Source: the human T2T-CHM13v2.0 reference genome, Homo sapiens. Taken from it: 64,000 nt of DNA. This document shows, piece by piece, positions 1-15,220 of this stretch (the first letter of the stretch is position 1; the number at the start of each line of letters is the position of its first letter). A program made the position numbers and the translations under genes. Where the stretch lies: assembly GCF_009914755.1 (NCBI RefSeq), contig NC_060927.1. One strand, 5' to 3'. The notes below the pieces were generated by a model. That model ran no database searches and had not been told where the DNA came from. It was given only the letters and a program-made list of their open reading frames with translations.

Positions 1-4
1 TCAT

Positions 5-230
5 CATGGTTAGAATAGGTACAATTTTGTGAGCATCCATCTATACCAGAAGCTCCACAAATGGCCTGATTTAACCTTCATCCCTGTGAAGTAGGTGCTA
101 GGATTCTCTCCGCTTTGCAGATAAGGAAACCGAGAAGTTAAGTGTTACCGCCAGTGTTGTACAACTGCTGAAGGGGGGGAACAGGATTCAAACCAGGCTT
201 GTCTGAGACTGAAACCCGTGTGCTATACTA
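5..230 (+). mobile_element. MIR SINE relic
   Basis: MIR core-like 'ctttgcagataaggaaaccgagaagttaagtg' and 'ggattcaaaccagg'. Confidence 0.7.
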
Positions 231-1187
231 CTCCTTCTAAGGGTGTCTGACAAGGGCTGGACTCTGATCGTCGTCTGCTCCCCTTTGGGAACCCTGCTTC
301 TAGCTGGGGTCCAGCCACCCAGAACCAGGTTGTAGCTGCCTTCCTGCTACTGACCTCCCATTGGCTCCACCCCACCTGCCTGATGGGCCAGCCTCCCAGC
401 CCCACCTGAACGGAGCACACTTCTGTGCCCCTCTAGTGCTGTGCTTGGCCACGTGGCAGCCAAATCAGTTTCTCTGGCCCAGCTTCCTCCGGTCCCCAAC
501 CCTGCCCTCCGGTGTCTGTGGCGGTCGCCATGTGCGTGGAGAGGTTTTCGTGTGATTCTTTCCACCACCATCCGCCAGCTGGTTGGGCTGCTACCTGCTC
601 TAATCCCTGCACAGCTCTCTAAGGTGGGCTAAGCGAGTGTCAGCACCTCTCCCTGGCTTCTTGGGCTTCATGTAGCTCCCTCACTTCTATCCACCAGTGA
701 CAGCCCTGGTACCCCCCTTCTGAGACCAGTCTCTATGGCTGAGCCTGGCTCAATGCCTCCTCAGCACTAGAGCTCATGCTTCCTGCGGCCCCCGGCTGCT
801 TGCTGACCAGAATGCCTGCGTTCCACCCTGTTCTGCCATCTGATGCCTGCCTGAGTGTCTGCACTGACTCCTGTCTCTTGTCTTCCTCTGACCCCTGAGC
901 AGCACAAGCCCCTAAGCCTCAGCATGTCCCCACAAGCCCCAAGCCCTGCCTCATGACCCTTGCCTGGTCTCACCCCACTTGAGTGGACATTTTCCAGCCT
1001 TTTCCCTCAACATCTCTCAACTTGGACTCTGCTCCCCATAAAGCAGAATCAATGACTCACCTAATAATATGTGCTGGGAGTCTATGTGCAAGACATTGTA
1101 TAGGGCACTGAGACCTCCCAGCTGTCCCCTGACTCTCAGGCCCGCCATCTCTCACTCTTTGTGGTTGGTTTTTGCTGTTTTCCTTGA

Positions 1188-1551
<364 letters not shown>

Positions 1552-1584
1552 TAGGTTTTGAAGCCTACTTGGAGGTCTCTAAGT

Positions 1585-1768
1585 CAGGGCTTCCCAATGT
1601 TCTTTGCACACGAAGGAATGGATACTGTCTGTGTGACACACTGCAGGAACTGCTGGCAGCCTGAGAAGGGCCAGCTAGGGGGTCCAGACACCCCAGGCCA
1701 AGCCCCAAGGGCTAAAGGGATGGGTCAGGTCTCTGCTCACCTGGAACCCATTCTGTTGAGAAGCTCTC
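1585..1768 (+). mobile_element. MER117-like hAT-Charlie MITE
   Basis: Ends cagggcttccca...gagaagctctc; 8-bp TSD ctctaagt/ctctaagc; internal 'ccccaagggctaaagggat...cacctggaacccatt' fits recalled MER117. Confidence 0.7.
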
Positions 1769-1799
1769 CTCTAAGCCTTGACTATAAAAATATTAATAG

Positions 1800-1945
1800 C
1801 TTCTTTTTATTGAGTGATTAAAATGTGCTGGGTGGTGTGTGAGGCATTCTATATACATTGTCTCTGTAGTGACGGGAAGTCATCATCATCCCCATTTTAT
1901 AGATGAGGACTGAGGCTCAGAGATTCAGCAACTGGCCCAAGGGCG
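1800..1945 (+). mobile_element. MIR SINE relic
   Basis: 'cccattttatagatgaggactgaggctcagagat'. Confidence 0.75.
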
Positions 1946-1974
1946 TTACCTCTCTGAACTTCTAATGTGCTTAA

Positions 1975-2337
<363 letters not shown>

Positions 2338-4109
2338 TCCTCTATATGTTCTCATCTTGCAACAAAACAGGGAGCTCTTCATGTCTAATGCATATTTTCA
2401 TCCCTACTCTGCATCACACACTTAGGTGTTCCATGGTTATTCTCCAGGTCCTTCTGAGAAGCCCACACAGCTCCTTAGGCCCAGCCCTCACCACTTCTGT
2501 CCCAGAGGAGTAAAACCCAAATGCCTTCCATAAAGGAGGCCAGACCTTTTATGCAGGGAGGGTGTTTGGGAAGAAGAATGAGCTGCCAGCAGGCTGCCTG
2601 GTGACTGTGGCCTTATGGGAATCAGGATGTTTCCAGGTCAAAGGCTGCAGGAGTTCCTGTCTCTTTGCTCCTCCTCAGCAAGGGATCTGCAACATGCTCA
2701 TTCCACGGTCATGGCCTCGGGGGATCTTTTCCACTTTGGGTATTGAGAAATCTCTATAAAGATGATCCTGTCTTTATGCCCAGCACCTTATGGCAATTCT
2801 TGAGAGAGGGAGAGCGTCAGGGAATTGAGAATGGGGTGCAGTTGCCTCACTCCTGCCTCCATTCTGTTGTGTATAATACGGAATGTTAGGGTCATGTGAC
2901 ACTAGAAATTGCCAAGCTGGTCCAATCTCTCCATTTATAGATGGTGAAGCCAAGGCCTGAAGACCTTTCCTGCAAGGTCGCAGAGGAAGAGGCAGAAGAA
3001 GGACCAGAACCCAGCTCCCCTGACTCCCTATCCAGTGCTCTTCTCATAGATTACATTGCTTCAGCATCCACCTGGCTATTGCTCCATCCAGGGGTTACAG
3101 GAGTCACTGACTGTTTTGGTTGCTTCTTGGTTGGAGGATGTTGTGCCTCACCGATGAGAGGTGGGTATTGGTGGGCAAGGCCACTAAACAGGTCAAAAAT
3201 TCAATTGTCCCCACATGGCCTTATTGGCCCCTGCAACACTGGGCAAGTTGACAGACGGGTTGTTTGTGATTGCCAGTGCCACGCTCCCTGTATTCCCATT
3301 GTCTGGAAATGTGGCAGGAGGGCAGTTGCCTCTATTTTGAAGACTGCAGTTGCTATGGACCCATCAGAGGCACAGACATTCTAGCGAGTAGATCTCTGGG
3401 ACCGGCTGTTCCTCAGCCTGGCAGGACTGGTAGAGTTAACTGCGAACTGCTCTCCTCCCCATCTTTGCAATTTCTTCCAGAGAGAAGGAGCGAGCACTCT
3501 GCCATCTACATATTTTCAGCTGAGTTATATTTTGCATAAAGTAAACTTAGCAAACAGAGAACACAGTGAGAATATATTTGGCTTTGAAGCGTCAGTGCTC
3601 TGACAGGCATTTCCTATTAGCTATCTCAGAGCCGACCAGCCCGGCTGGGTTTTGCTTAAGTGGCATAATTCTCCTGCAGTGGAGACAGCTCATTCATTAG
3701 TCATTCCAAAAGCCAGATACAAAATATCCTTCTCTAAGCCAACTCCACCAACCAGCTCCCCAGCCCGGGTGGAACAATGAAACTGTGAGGCTTACCAGCC
3801 TGGCAAAGGTCAGCCGGAGAGCTACCTGTCTGCGGGCTTTGGAAGATAGCTTTGGCTTCAGCCTTTCATTTCCCTCAGGAACAGGAAGGACGCGTCTTCC
3901 TCCTGTTGGCAGAGGCCTTAGGATCCTTACCGAGGGTGGGCTTCTTCCCATTTCACTACAGCGTCACTTGCAACGGCACCAAGCCCTGATTTAACACACT
4001 CTGTTTTGTTTGTGTTTTTTTAGCCGGAAGGTACCAGTTCTTAGAGGAAGCATAGGAATGTGTCCCTTCCTGCTCGGGTCTCTCAACTGAACTCAACCCT
4101 TCCTTGATT

Positions 4110-4255
4110 GATTGACAAGCATGTTATCTCTCATAATCCCTGCCCGGTAAGGGCTGATGTCCCCATTTTACAGATGAGGATATTGGAGCTCAGAGAAGTG
4201 AAATGATTGCTGAAGGTCACACAGCCTGGCTTCAAGCCTCTCGGGCTCCAAAAGG
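4110..4255 (+). mobile_element. MIR SINE relic
   Basis: 'cccattttacagatgaggatattggagctcagagaagtgaaatgattgctgaaggtcacacagc'. Confidence 0.8.
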
Positions 4256-5029
4256 CATCTTCTGTTCTCTCCGTCAGGAAGCCTCTTTTGGATGATTAAC
4301 TGAGATTAAAAATGAAAAGACACATGAAAGAAAGGTCCTTTTTTTCAACCTGACAAGAACTAAGAATGCCTCTGTATTCCAGGCACCCAGACCAGGGTGG
4401 GCTGGAAAGCCAGCCAGAGAGAAAGCAGGAGAAAGAAAGCATGTTCTAACAGGAAGGTTAAAGCACCCTGGGATGTGAGTTGGGGTGGAGAAGTGAAGAG
4501 GGCAGTTCTCACAGGGGCAGAGCTTGGTTTGGGGTAGGCTAGGAGCTGGGACCAGAAGAGGGACAGGGAAGGGTTTATTGTGGGTCCACGGCCCAGCTCC
4601 ACTGCATGGGCCATCTGACAGCGCCTGACCGAGCAGAATGCCAGGGTGTAAAGACCCCACTAATACCCAGTCAATGAGAGGAACGCCAGAGGAGCACCCA
4701 GAATGTTCTTGTGCAGAGGCAAAGAGCAGGAGTTTGTGACCACAGCTGGCAGTCCATGTCATCCTCACTGAACGACCTCTTAGCATTCCAGGTGGACAAA
4801 CATATTCACAGGTGCCCAGACAAATGAGGTCTGCGGGAGAGAGACAGGCTACATCAGAGGTAGACTATGTATTTACATAAAGTAGGAATAAGAGTCTCAG
4901 AAGCCTTCCAAAGCAGATGTCTGCTTAAACCTCTTGAGCGGTGCCCTCCTTAGCCTGGAAGGAAGGCCTTGCTCAGGTAGTCTCAACCCGCATCTGTGGT
5001 GTGATTTAACACCTTCCCCTTCATTCCAC

Positions 5030-5372
5030 CACACTCTATCTCAAACTATCTGTTGTTCTCAAACACACAGAACACTTTCACTCCACCAGCTCTTCCACAT
5101 GTGATTATCTTTGCATGTACTTCATCTTTCTCATCTACAGCCCCACCTGGCAAACTCCTACTCAGCCTTCAAAACCCTGCCTAAATGTCACTGAATCTGG
5201 AAGCCTTCTTCATCTTCTCAGTACACATTTGTCTGTATTCCTGATCCTTTGTCTATAACTCTGGTAAATCATTGATCCTAGTGCACTGTCAAGAACTTGT
5301 CCTATTTTATCTGTAGATTCCCAGAGCCCAATCAAGATCCTCACATGTAGAAAGTAGTAGATCAATTAAATA
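5030..5372 (+). mobile_element. L2 LINE 3' relic
   Basis: 'cctggcaaactcctactcagccttcaaaaccctgcctaaatgtcac' and L2-like terminus. Confidence 0.65.
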
Positions 5373-5639
5373 AAGCAAGCACAGCCAGAATGGCTGGGAA
5401 TTTGAGAGCATGTGCCCCAGAATGATTGTACCTCAGACCTGGAAGAAAATGTGGAGTTGATCTAAGTAAACCTGATGTTTGAACGCCTCATCTGCATTCA
5501 CAGCCTGAGGTAATATACATAAACCACCTAATCTAGTAACTGGCAGGTATTAGTCAGTGAATGGTGGCTGATATTTTTGTTTTTGTTGTCATTTCTTCGG
5601 GAATCAAAATAGACATAGAAGAATTCGCAGAAAGAGCAA

Positions 5640-5790
5640 CAGATCTGCAGTTGGGGCTGTGGCTCTGCCTCTGAGACTCTCCCTTTATGACTTTGAACAA
5701 GTCATTTCACCCTCATGAGGCCTCGATTTCCTCATCAATAGTTTGGGATACAACTAGGTGTCCTGTAATTGGTGCCTTTCAGCTCTAATC
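5640..5790 (-). mobile_element. MIR SINE relic
   Basis: 'tgactttgaacaagtcatttcaccctc...gcctcgatttcctcatc'. Confidence 0.7.
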
Positions 5791-7129
5791 AAAACAAAAA
5801 CAAGACCCAAGCAAACATCATCACTGACAGATCTGAGGGAATCCAGCTCAGATCTTCCTGGTGTCATCTCTGATCAGAAATCAGGGAACCAACCCTGACC
5901 TTAATGGCCCTTCTAGGGGTGTGCTCTTCCCCTGGGCAGAGCCAATCCCCAGGGAAGCAGAAACTCCTACTTGCCAAACTCCTGGCCAGTCACACCCGCT
6001 TTGCCATCCTGGAGAAGGAGGGACTGTTGTGGAGCTTGTGGCAAAATCCCTCTTCCTCCCCCAAACACAGCTATGATTAGCTGTGTCCTCACCACGAAAC
6101 TGCAGGGGTGTGTGCGGGTGAGTCATAGCTGTTCAAATCACATTTATAGAGAGCTCGCATGGCAGGGGGCTTGGTGGCTGTCAGAGGCACCCCAGTTCCC
6201 TTTCTCTACCCCCAACAATTGCTGAGATTTTAGGACCCAGGCATTTGGGTTACAGAGTTTCAGAATCATCTGCTGATGCCACCGGCTTCTTATGCCAGGC
6301 CCCAGCCACCCAGAGCGGCTCCCCTGGAGGAGGAGGGGGCTTGGTCCTCATCCCATTGCCCATCCCATCCCACCTGGGAGAGCTGTCCCAGGGTCAGCCC
6401 CAGGCCTGAATTGTCACTGTCTCTCACCACCCTCTCCCTGGGGCCTGCCATTCCCAGGACCACTCCGAAGGAATCAGGTACTCTCTCCAGGTGCGAACCC
6501 CACAACCTCCAGGAGCCCCAGCTCCTGCCACTCCATGCCCTAGGCTCACTCGTAGCTGTTGGCACAGGTGTCCCAGCCTCTCTGAGCTGTGCACTGTGGT
6601 CTCAAATGCCCCCTCCCACTCCCTTTCCACCCAGCCATGGGGACCCTGACAGCTCCCATCGGGAGCTGAGAAAGAAGCAGAGGCCTCTTTGGTGGAGGAA
6701 TCCCGGCAGGCCGGCAAGTCCCAACAGGCCGATGTTGGGCTGCTGCAGGCAGACAGTGAGTCACCTGGGTCCCCGCTGCTTACAGGACAGAGCCAGAATA
6801 ATGACAATAATAATAGAGGTCCACGGTGCTGTTATTAACGCCCACCTTTCCTCCCAGGACCATGTCTCCTTTATCCATCTGACAGCCCTTGGGGCAGGGA
6901 GGGGCCGAGGGCCCAAGAGATTTTGTTGCCCTGTCTTAAATAGGGGGGAAACTGAGGCTAAAGTTGTTTCCCACTGAACTGCTAGTCCTGAGAATAGGAC
7001 TCTGCCTCCTAATGTCCCCGATGCCAGGAAAGTTCTGCAGCCCCACAGTTAGTGGTCTCCTCACTGACAAAGCTCTAGGCTCAGGGAGCAAAGAGCCCAC
7101 ATTTCTGGATTTCTCACACTCTGTCCTCT

Positions 7130-7295
7130 AACCCTTACTTACAACAACAGCTCTAGGGACTAGTTATGATTATTATCCTCATTTGATGGATGAGGAACTT
7201 GAAGTTCAGAGAGGCTAGGTAAATTCCCAAGGTCATGCAGCAAAGGAGAAGCAGACCCAAGACGTGAAGCCAGGTTGGTTTGACTGTGCTCTCTC
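7130..7295 (+). mobile_element. MIR SINE relic
   Basis: 'gatgaggaacttgaagttcagagaggctaggtaaattcccaaggtcatgcagc'. Confidence 0.75.
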
Positions 7296-8639
7296 ACTCA
7301 GGGTCCTGTAATCCAGGATCTAGAGTTTCCAAGTGTGGCTTCCTAGGCCTTTTGGGCCTGCTCTTCTTCCATTGCCTTCCCCACCTGGGCTCCCTCTATC
7401 TCAAGATTAGGGTTCCTCCCAGGGCCCCCTGGAGGCCAGCTTTCATTTTCATCTTGAGCAGCCGTGGAAAATTAAGGACTCAACCACTTTAATTTTGGGG
7501 TCTTAGTAATTATCTGACACCACCCACTCAACTCTATCCACTAGTTATTACAATAATAACAATAATAATTTAGAGAAGCGATGGCAATGATCACAGCGTT
7601 TACAGAATCCGGGACTGGGCGGAGATAGATATAGCCTCACACTTCCTTTTTCTATCAGTGTGGTACTAGTTTTGGGAGTAAGGACTGTTGGAGTCTAGTC
7701 AGTTCTGGCAAGGATGCCATATATCACATGACTGAATGTGCCCCTAAATGCCTGTGTACCTTCATTTCCCCCTCTGTAAAATGTGGGAAAAAGTCTTGCA
7801 AGACGATGTGCTTTCAGCTTCCTGAAATAAAGTCATGATAAGCAACCTTTTCTTTTTCGCCACCCTATAGTCACTATTTACAATGACCCAGGAGTCTGAT
7901 GCCTAAATGATACATTATCTTCATGCTCCAGTCTCCCACTGTCTGACTGCCCGGCTCTTCTTTGACGAGAGATCTCACCGATTGCGGCCCTTGGCCTTAG
8001 GAAGGGTGATGGGCTGGGCTGGAGGCCTGGGCTGAGCTCTTGGGTGCAGGGGGAGCCTCAGCTTTTCCAGCCCTCATCCTCAACGGCTGCCTCTGCCAAG
8101 GCCCTGGAGCTACAGAAAGCAAGACCAGTGCCTGAGTGCAATAAATGCTTTTATTAGTCCTTTTATTAATGACGGTTGGTATTTGTTGAGAAGCTGGGAC
8201 AATAGTTATTCCAGTAAGAGGATATTAAGCTCCCTCAAACAGGCCCTGTATATCTAACAGGCTCTGGCCCCCAGCCTCCCCTGACGCAGCTCTGTTACAC
8301 TGCAGCACACCCCTGGCCTCCCAGCAACTCCAAGAAGGGAGAGGAGGGATGGGGGAGGTAGGGATAATCTGGTGTCATTAAACACACAGGCCTTTGTGGA
8401 GGTTACCGTACACCAACAGCAGGAAGCTTTTTCTTCCTTCTGAGAGCATAGGGAGCCTATGTGATTTTGTTTTTTTTTTGTTTGTTTTGGTTTTTTTGTT
8501 TTTTGCTACCCCTGTGCTCCTGGCTATTTTACCTCCAGAGCTGCTGGTGATAAGTTGGTAAAGGAGGACCTCCTTAAACCATTTGTTAAACCATTTGAGA
8601 CTGTTCCTAGTACTTGTTTTAAGCTATTTTACATGATTT

Positions 8640-8880
8640 TTAATGTAATAAACACATTTATAATACTATGTGGTGGCAATGTTCTGAGTGCTTTTCAAAT
8701 ACTAATTTATTTAATACTCATAACGTCTCAATGAAGTAGGCACTATACTTATCCTTATTTTATAAATGAGGAAATGAGGCCCAGAGAGGTTAAGTGACTT
8801 GCCCAAGGTCACACAGCTGATAAGTAACAGAGTTAAGGTCTAGAGACGCAGTTGTCTCTAGAGTCTATGCTTTTTATCCG
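8640..8880 (+). mobile_element. MIR SINE, well preserved
   Basis: 'atgaggaaatgaggcccagagaggttaagtgacttgcccaaggtcacacagct'. Confidence 0.9.
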
Positions 8881-9215
8881 AAATTTCAAAACTGAGTCTG
8901 AAAAGAACTGGGAAATATTGCCTAAATTCACAAGCTTTATTGCTTTACCAAAAGGAATTAGATATTCTCATGTAGGGGATGGTATAATAAATTATAATAG
9001 AGTTCCCCCAGAATCAGAGCATCTCTGAGATGAAAGCGTCCTTGAAGGTCATCAGATCTAATCCTCTGACGAATACAAGAATACTCTCTGCAGCATCCCT
9101 GATACGTGATCCTTCAGCTTTTGGCTGAATATCTCTAGTGTCAGGGAGCTCATTACCTAATCCAGCAGACCATCCCAACTTCGGGCTGTTCTCACTGTTA
9201 GAAAAGAAAGCTCTT

Positions 9216-10002
<787 letters not shown>

Positions 10003-10046
10003 TAGCTTTCATGTCTCCCTTAAATCTTTTTTTCTCTTCTGGCTTA

Positions 10047-10573
<527 letters not shown>

Positions 10574-12429
10574 CTACATTTCCAATGATGCAGCCTAAAC
10601 TTGCCTTAGGTTTTTTGACTCTTGACTCACAATGAGTTTGCAATCAATGTGTAGCACTTTTAGCTTCTTTTTCCAAATTCTGAATTTGTACAGCTGTGCT
10701 GGGTTTTTTTGTTTGTTTTTTAAGCCCAAGGGTGGGACTTCACATTTACTGCTGATAAATTTCATCTTGTTAAATTCAGTTCCTTGTTGTAACCTATCAA
10801 GGCGGACATGGAACCTTATTCTGTTACCCTATTTTATGATTTCCTACTTGATTTTGTATCATCTGAAATTTTGATAAATATGCCACCTGTGTTCCCATTC
10901 AGGTAGTCACTAATTGTTTTTAAAGCTGGATAGGAAAATTTTCCGAGGTTGGGTTTATGGAGGAAGATGAGGCCAAGCGAGAGTGACTCTGAAGGAAAGA
11001 TTTCTGTTTGGATGGATCTGAGTGACGACGAGCGCTGTGCACCTCTGGGGGTGTGAGCGGCTGGGTAACCAGGTAAAGTCTCCCATGGCATCATGCCTGC
11101 GTCAGAGCCTGTGACCCATGACGAGGCCGGAAGGCAAATACTGATAGCGCCCAGTTCATAGAGCTGATTGTTTCCTATATCCTCTGCTGACAAGTGTTGA
11201 GGGTGTGAAATAGAGGATATCATAAAATAGAAGCAAGGCCCATTGTGAGGCGACAAACAGGACTTTCAGATCAGAAAAAGCCAGGTGCTTGCTGTCAGCA
11301 TCAAGACCTCCAGAAGTAAAAAAGAAGACATTCTTGGAGCAAAAGTAGAATGGACAAAAAAAGTGCTTTAGCACACTGCTTGGAGTTTGAAAACATTTTT
11401 CTCCACTTAAACAACCCTTCTGTCATTCCTTAGAGGTCATACCTGAAAGCCAAAGAATCAGGCTGAGGCCACATCATTGGGGTTGACAGCAGGGGTTCTC
11501 AGTTTATCCCCAGGGGTACTGGAAATGAATTGAATGTTGCAATCTTGCTACCGCGGGGCCTGTAAAGCACTCAGCCCACTCCCCACCCCGAGCACCCAGG
11601 GAGAATATTTTTAGCTGTCTTTGTAATACCCACGCAAATTGTTCTCCTCCTTGTCCACTTCAACCCAGTCTCTTATTTTCTAGTTCCCACCCCTTCTTCA
11701 CGCCACCTCCCCATTCCACCCCCCAGGCCAGGAGTCTGGAATGCTATGGTGTTCCAGGCCCCTGAGTCAGGTGCAGCTGCAGGGACCAAGGTAGGTTTTG
11801 GCACCTGGGGAGAGGGGCAATTCTTGATGGCTGAGACTAATGGGATTTCCAAGACAGTCATGAAGCAGAGATAGAACCAGTGCCCAAGTCTAGGTAGGAC
11901 AAGCCAGGAAGGATGTACTGGAGAGCGCCTGGGGCCAAGAGGGAGCCCGTATCTGGGGCAGAACAGAGCCATGGACACTGAACGGATGAGCAGGCAGTGC
12001 CTTGTGCGCAGCTCTTCTGGCCACAGGCAGGGCATGCGTCTAGGGCATAAGGGCCAGGCCAGGGGAGAATGTCCTCAGCTGTATGACTCCCTGGCTCCAC
12101 ACTCTGGCCTTGATGCAACTTCAGATTCTCCTACTCCAGTAATGCACTGGAACCTGCTTTGTCGATTTGCTGAACTCGATGCACACACCTACTCTCAACT
12201 CAGTAGGTTCTTCCCTCCCTTCAAAGGGCCTGTGATCATGGTAAGAGACATTCCTGCCACCTACCTTAGCCCATTGGTGCCCCACTAGGGGGACCACCTC
12301 ACCCGGCCTCCCTGCTTGGCTGGGGCAGGGGCTGCTGGACACTTAACTCGGCATCAGGCACCATGCCCATTGAGACCTGAGCTCAGACAAACAGAAGGAG
12401 GCCAGCCTCCAAAGGATGGAAACCACTTA

Positions 12430-12885
<456 letters not shown>

Positions 12886-13113
12886 TTACAGTGTATCTTC
12901 AGGTCACACCAATCCAGTCTCTGGCAGACCACTGGTGTTACAAGGCCATAGGCCTTATTTTAAATTATTATTATTTTCTATTATTAAGCAAATTCTTATT
13001 TAATAATAGAAGCAAATAAGTGGTCTGATTCTTTCAGGCCTAGGCTTGTGAGCCTGTGTTAATTTGCATGGTTGAGTTATTCATGCTGTATTACAATCTA
13101 GTCTATCAATTTC

Positions 13114-13406
13114 TTTTTTTTTTTTTTCAAGACAAAGTTTTGCTCTTGTCGCCCAGGCTGGAGTGCAATGGCACGATCTCGGCTCACTGTAACTCTGCCT
13201 CCCAGGTTCAAGTGATTCTTCTGCCTCAGCCTCCCGAGTAGCTGGGACTATAGGCACGTGCCACCACTCCCGGCTAATTTTGTATTTTTAGTAGAGATGG
13301 GGTTTCACCATGTTGGCCAGGTTGGTCTCAAACTTCTGACCTCAGGTGATCCACCCGCCTCAGCCTCTCAAAGTGCTGGGATTACAGGCTTGAGCCACCA
13401 TGGCTG
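13114..13406 (-). mobile_element. Alu (AluSq/Sp-like)
   Basis: Antisense Alu; 18-bp TSD atctagtctatcaatttc. Confidence 0.97.
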
Positions 13407-14312
13407 ATCTAGTCTATCAATTTCCTACACATTTTCCCCTCCAGATTGTCATTAATACAGAGTAAATTAAAACTCTAAACCCGGGGGTGGGGAAAGGGGG
13501 TTAGAATGGGATTTGAGAACTGAAGGATGATCTCTCTACATCTTGCCCCAGTGTCCTGGACCCCAAGAATAGAAGAAAGCAGACATTGCCGCTCACCACT
13601 CACTGTTCTCAACTCTAGAAGGAGAGGAAAATGGGAAGATAGCACAGATAAACACACCAACTCCACCCAAATGACTCAAGTGAAGGCGCGTCTCAGAGTC
13701 TTGTGTTTTTCTGAAACTCAAGGCCTGCACAAGGAGGAGAGCTGTCCAGCTGCCTGTGCTCGAATGGGAACTTCATAAATCTCCAGAAAGCCCCTGACCC
13801 CTTCTCTTTTCACTCTGGCTCTATTTCCTTCTTTGCTGAGGTCCCCATTTGTCAAAGCAGAAGGGAATTACATCAGTCAGTTTTGAATCAGTCAAAACAG
13901 AAGTAAGTGGACAGCCTTCTTTGGAAAGGAAGAAACAGTGGTGGGATTTTTTTTCTAACCACCCTCGACTTATTAGGCAGCACAAAGCATGCTAGAGAAG
14001 GGTAGCCAGGAGTGTAAAGTACATGAAGCGGCAGCAATATGAACACTGGATGGAAAAGGGGCTGGGTAGGAAAGCAAGGGCTGGGACTCAGCCTCATGGT
14101 TCTCCCTCTCCCCCTGCAGGTGAGAAGAGACAAGTTGAGAGTCAGAAACAGCAGCTTAGGGATGCGCAGGTGTGAATATGTGTGGCTGCTGGGGTGCACA
14201 TGCACACACTGATGCAAGTAGTAAGTACTGTGTGAGCAAAATTGGCTTCAACAGAAAGGAGTCCAGGGTAAGAAAGAAAAGGTGGATGAAGTAGAACCAG
14301 AAAATACGCTGG

Positions 14313-14610
14313 GGCCAGGAGCAGTGGCTCATGCCTGTAGTCCCAGCACTTTGGCAGGCTGAGGCGGGAGGACAGCTTGAGCCCAGGAGTTTAAGACCAG
14401 CCTGGGCAACAAAATGAGATCCCTATCTCTACAAAAAATAAAAAAATTAGCTGGACATGGTAGCATGTGCCTGTGTTCCCTGCTATTTGGGAGGCTGAGG
14501 CAGGAGGATTGCTTGAATCCAGGAGATTGAGGCTGCAGTGAGCTGTGTGATCATGCCACTACACTCCAGCCTGGGCAACACAGAGAGACCCTGTCTCAAA
14601 AAAAAAAAAA
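14313..14610 (+). mobile_element. Alu (AluJ)
   Basis: AluJ diagnostics 'gcttgagcccaggagtt', 'aggctgcagtgagctgtg...agaccctgtctc'. Confidence 0.95.
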
Positions 14611-14858
14611 AGAAAAGAAAAAGAAAAAGGAAAGAAAGAGAGAGAGAGAGAGAGAAAGGAATAAAGAAAAAGGAAGAGAGAAAGAAAGAAAAAATAAGGA
14701 GAGGGAGAGAAAGAAAGAAGAAGGAGGGCAGAAAGGAAAAAGAAGGAAAGAGAAAGAAGGAAAGAAAGAAGGAAAGAAAAGAAAGAAAGAAGAAAGGAAG
14801 AAAAGAAAAAGAGAAAGAAGGAAAAAGAAAAAGAAAGAAAAAAGACAGAAAGAAAAAG
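14597..14858 (+). repeat. GA-rich polypurine tract (expanded Alu tail)
   Basis: ~260 bp almost only A/G. Confidence 0.95.
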
Positions 14859-15019
14859 ATATTCTGGGCAGTAATAATGATAATGATAACAATAACCATT
14901 AAGGAAAATAATTGATGAACATATGCTGCATCCATTCATTCTATATATACAGCATGTTCTAGATGCTGAGGAAATGGCAGGAAATAAAGTGTCTGCCTTC
15001 GTGGAGCTTATGTTCAGGT

Positions 15020-15220
15020 GTAATATATGTCAGGCATGTTACACACATTATTGCATTTATGGACCATATGAAGTGATTTCTATTATCCCCATCCTTAAAA
15101 TGGTGAAACCGAGGCACAAAGAATATTCAATAACTTGGTTGAGTCTCACAGACACAACCGAGTAGCGGAGCCAAGATTTGACCCAAGTCTGCCGGACCCC
15201 AGAGCCCTTGCCTCTGACCC
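15020..15220 (+). mobile_element. MIR SINE relic
   Basis: 'tattatccccatcttaaaatggtgaaaccgaggcaca'-like core; 'agatttgacccaagtctg'. Confidence 0.7.

Noticed and set aside
6276-6977. 233-aa ORF
   Set aside because: No recognisable domain; runs into MIR-like sequence; expected by chance in GC-rich DNA.
12278-12298. CTCF-like CCACTAGGGGGAC (also near 425 and 15215)
   Set aside because: Mismatch or extra base at key core positions.
14483-14939. Phe/Leu/Ser-rich membrane-like and Lys/Arg/Glu-rich ORFs (also 38455-38899, 60642-61026)
   Set aside because: Translations of G/A polypurine tracts.
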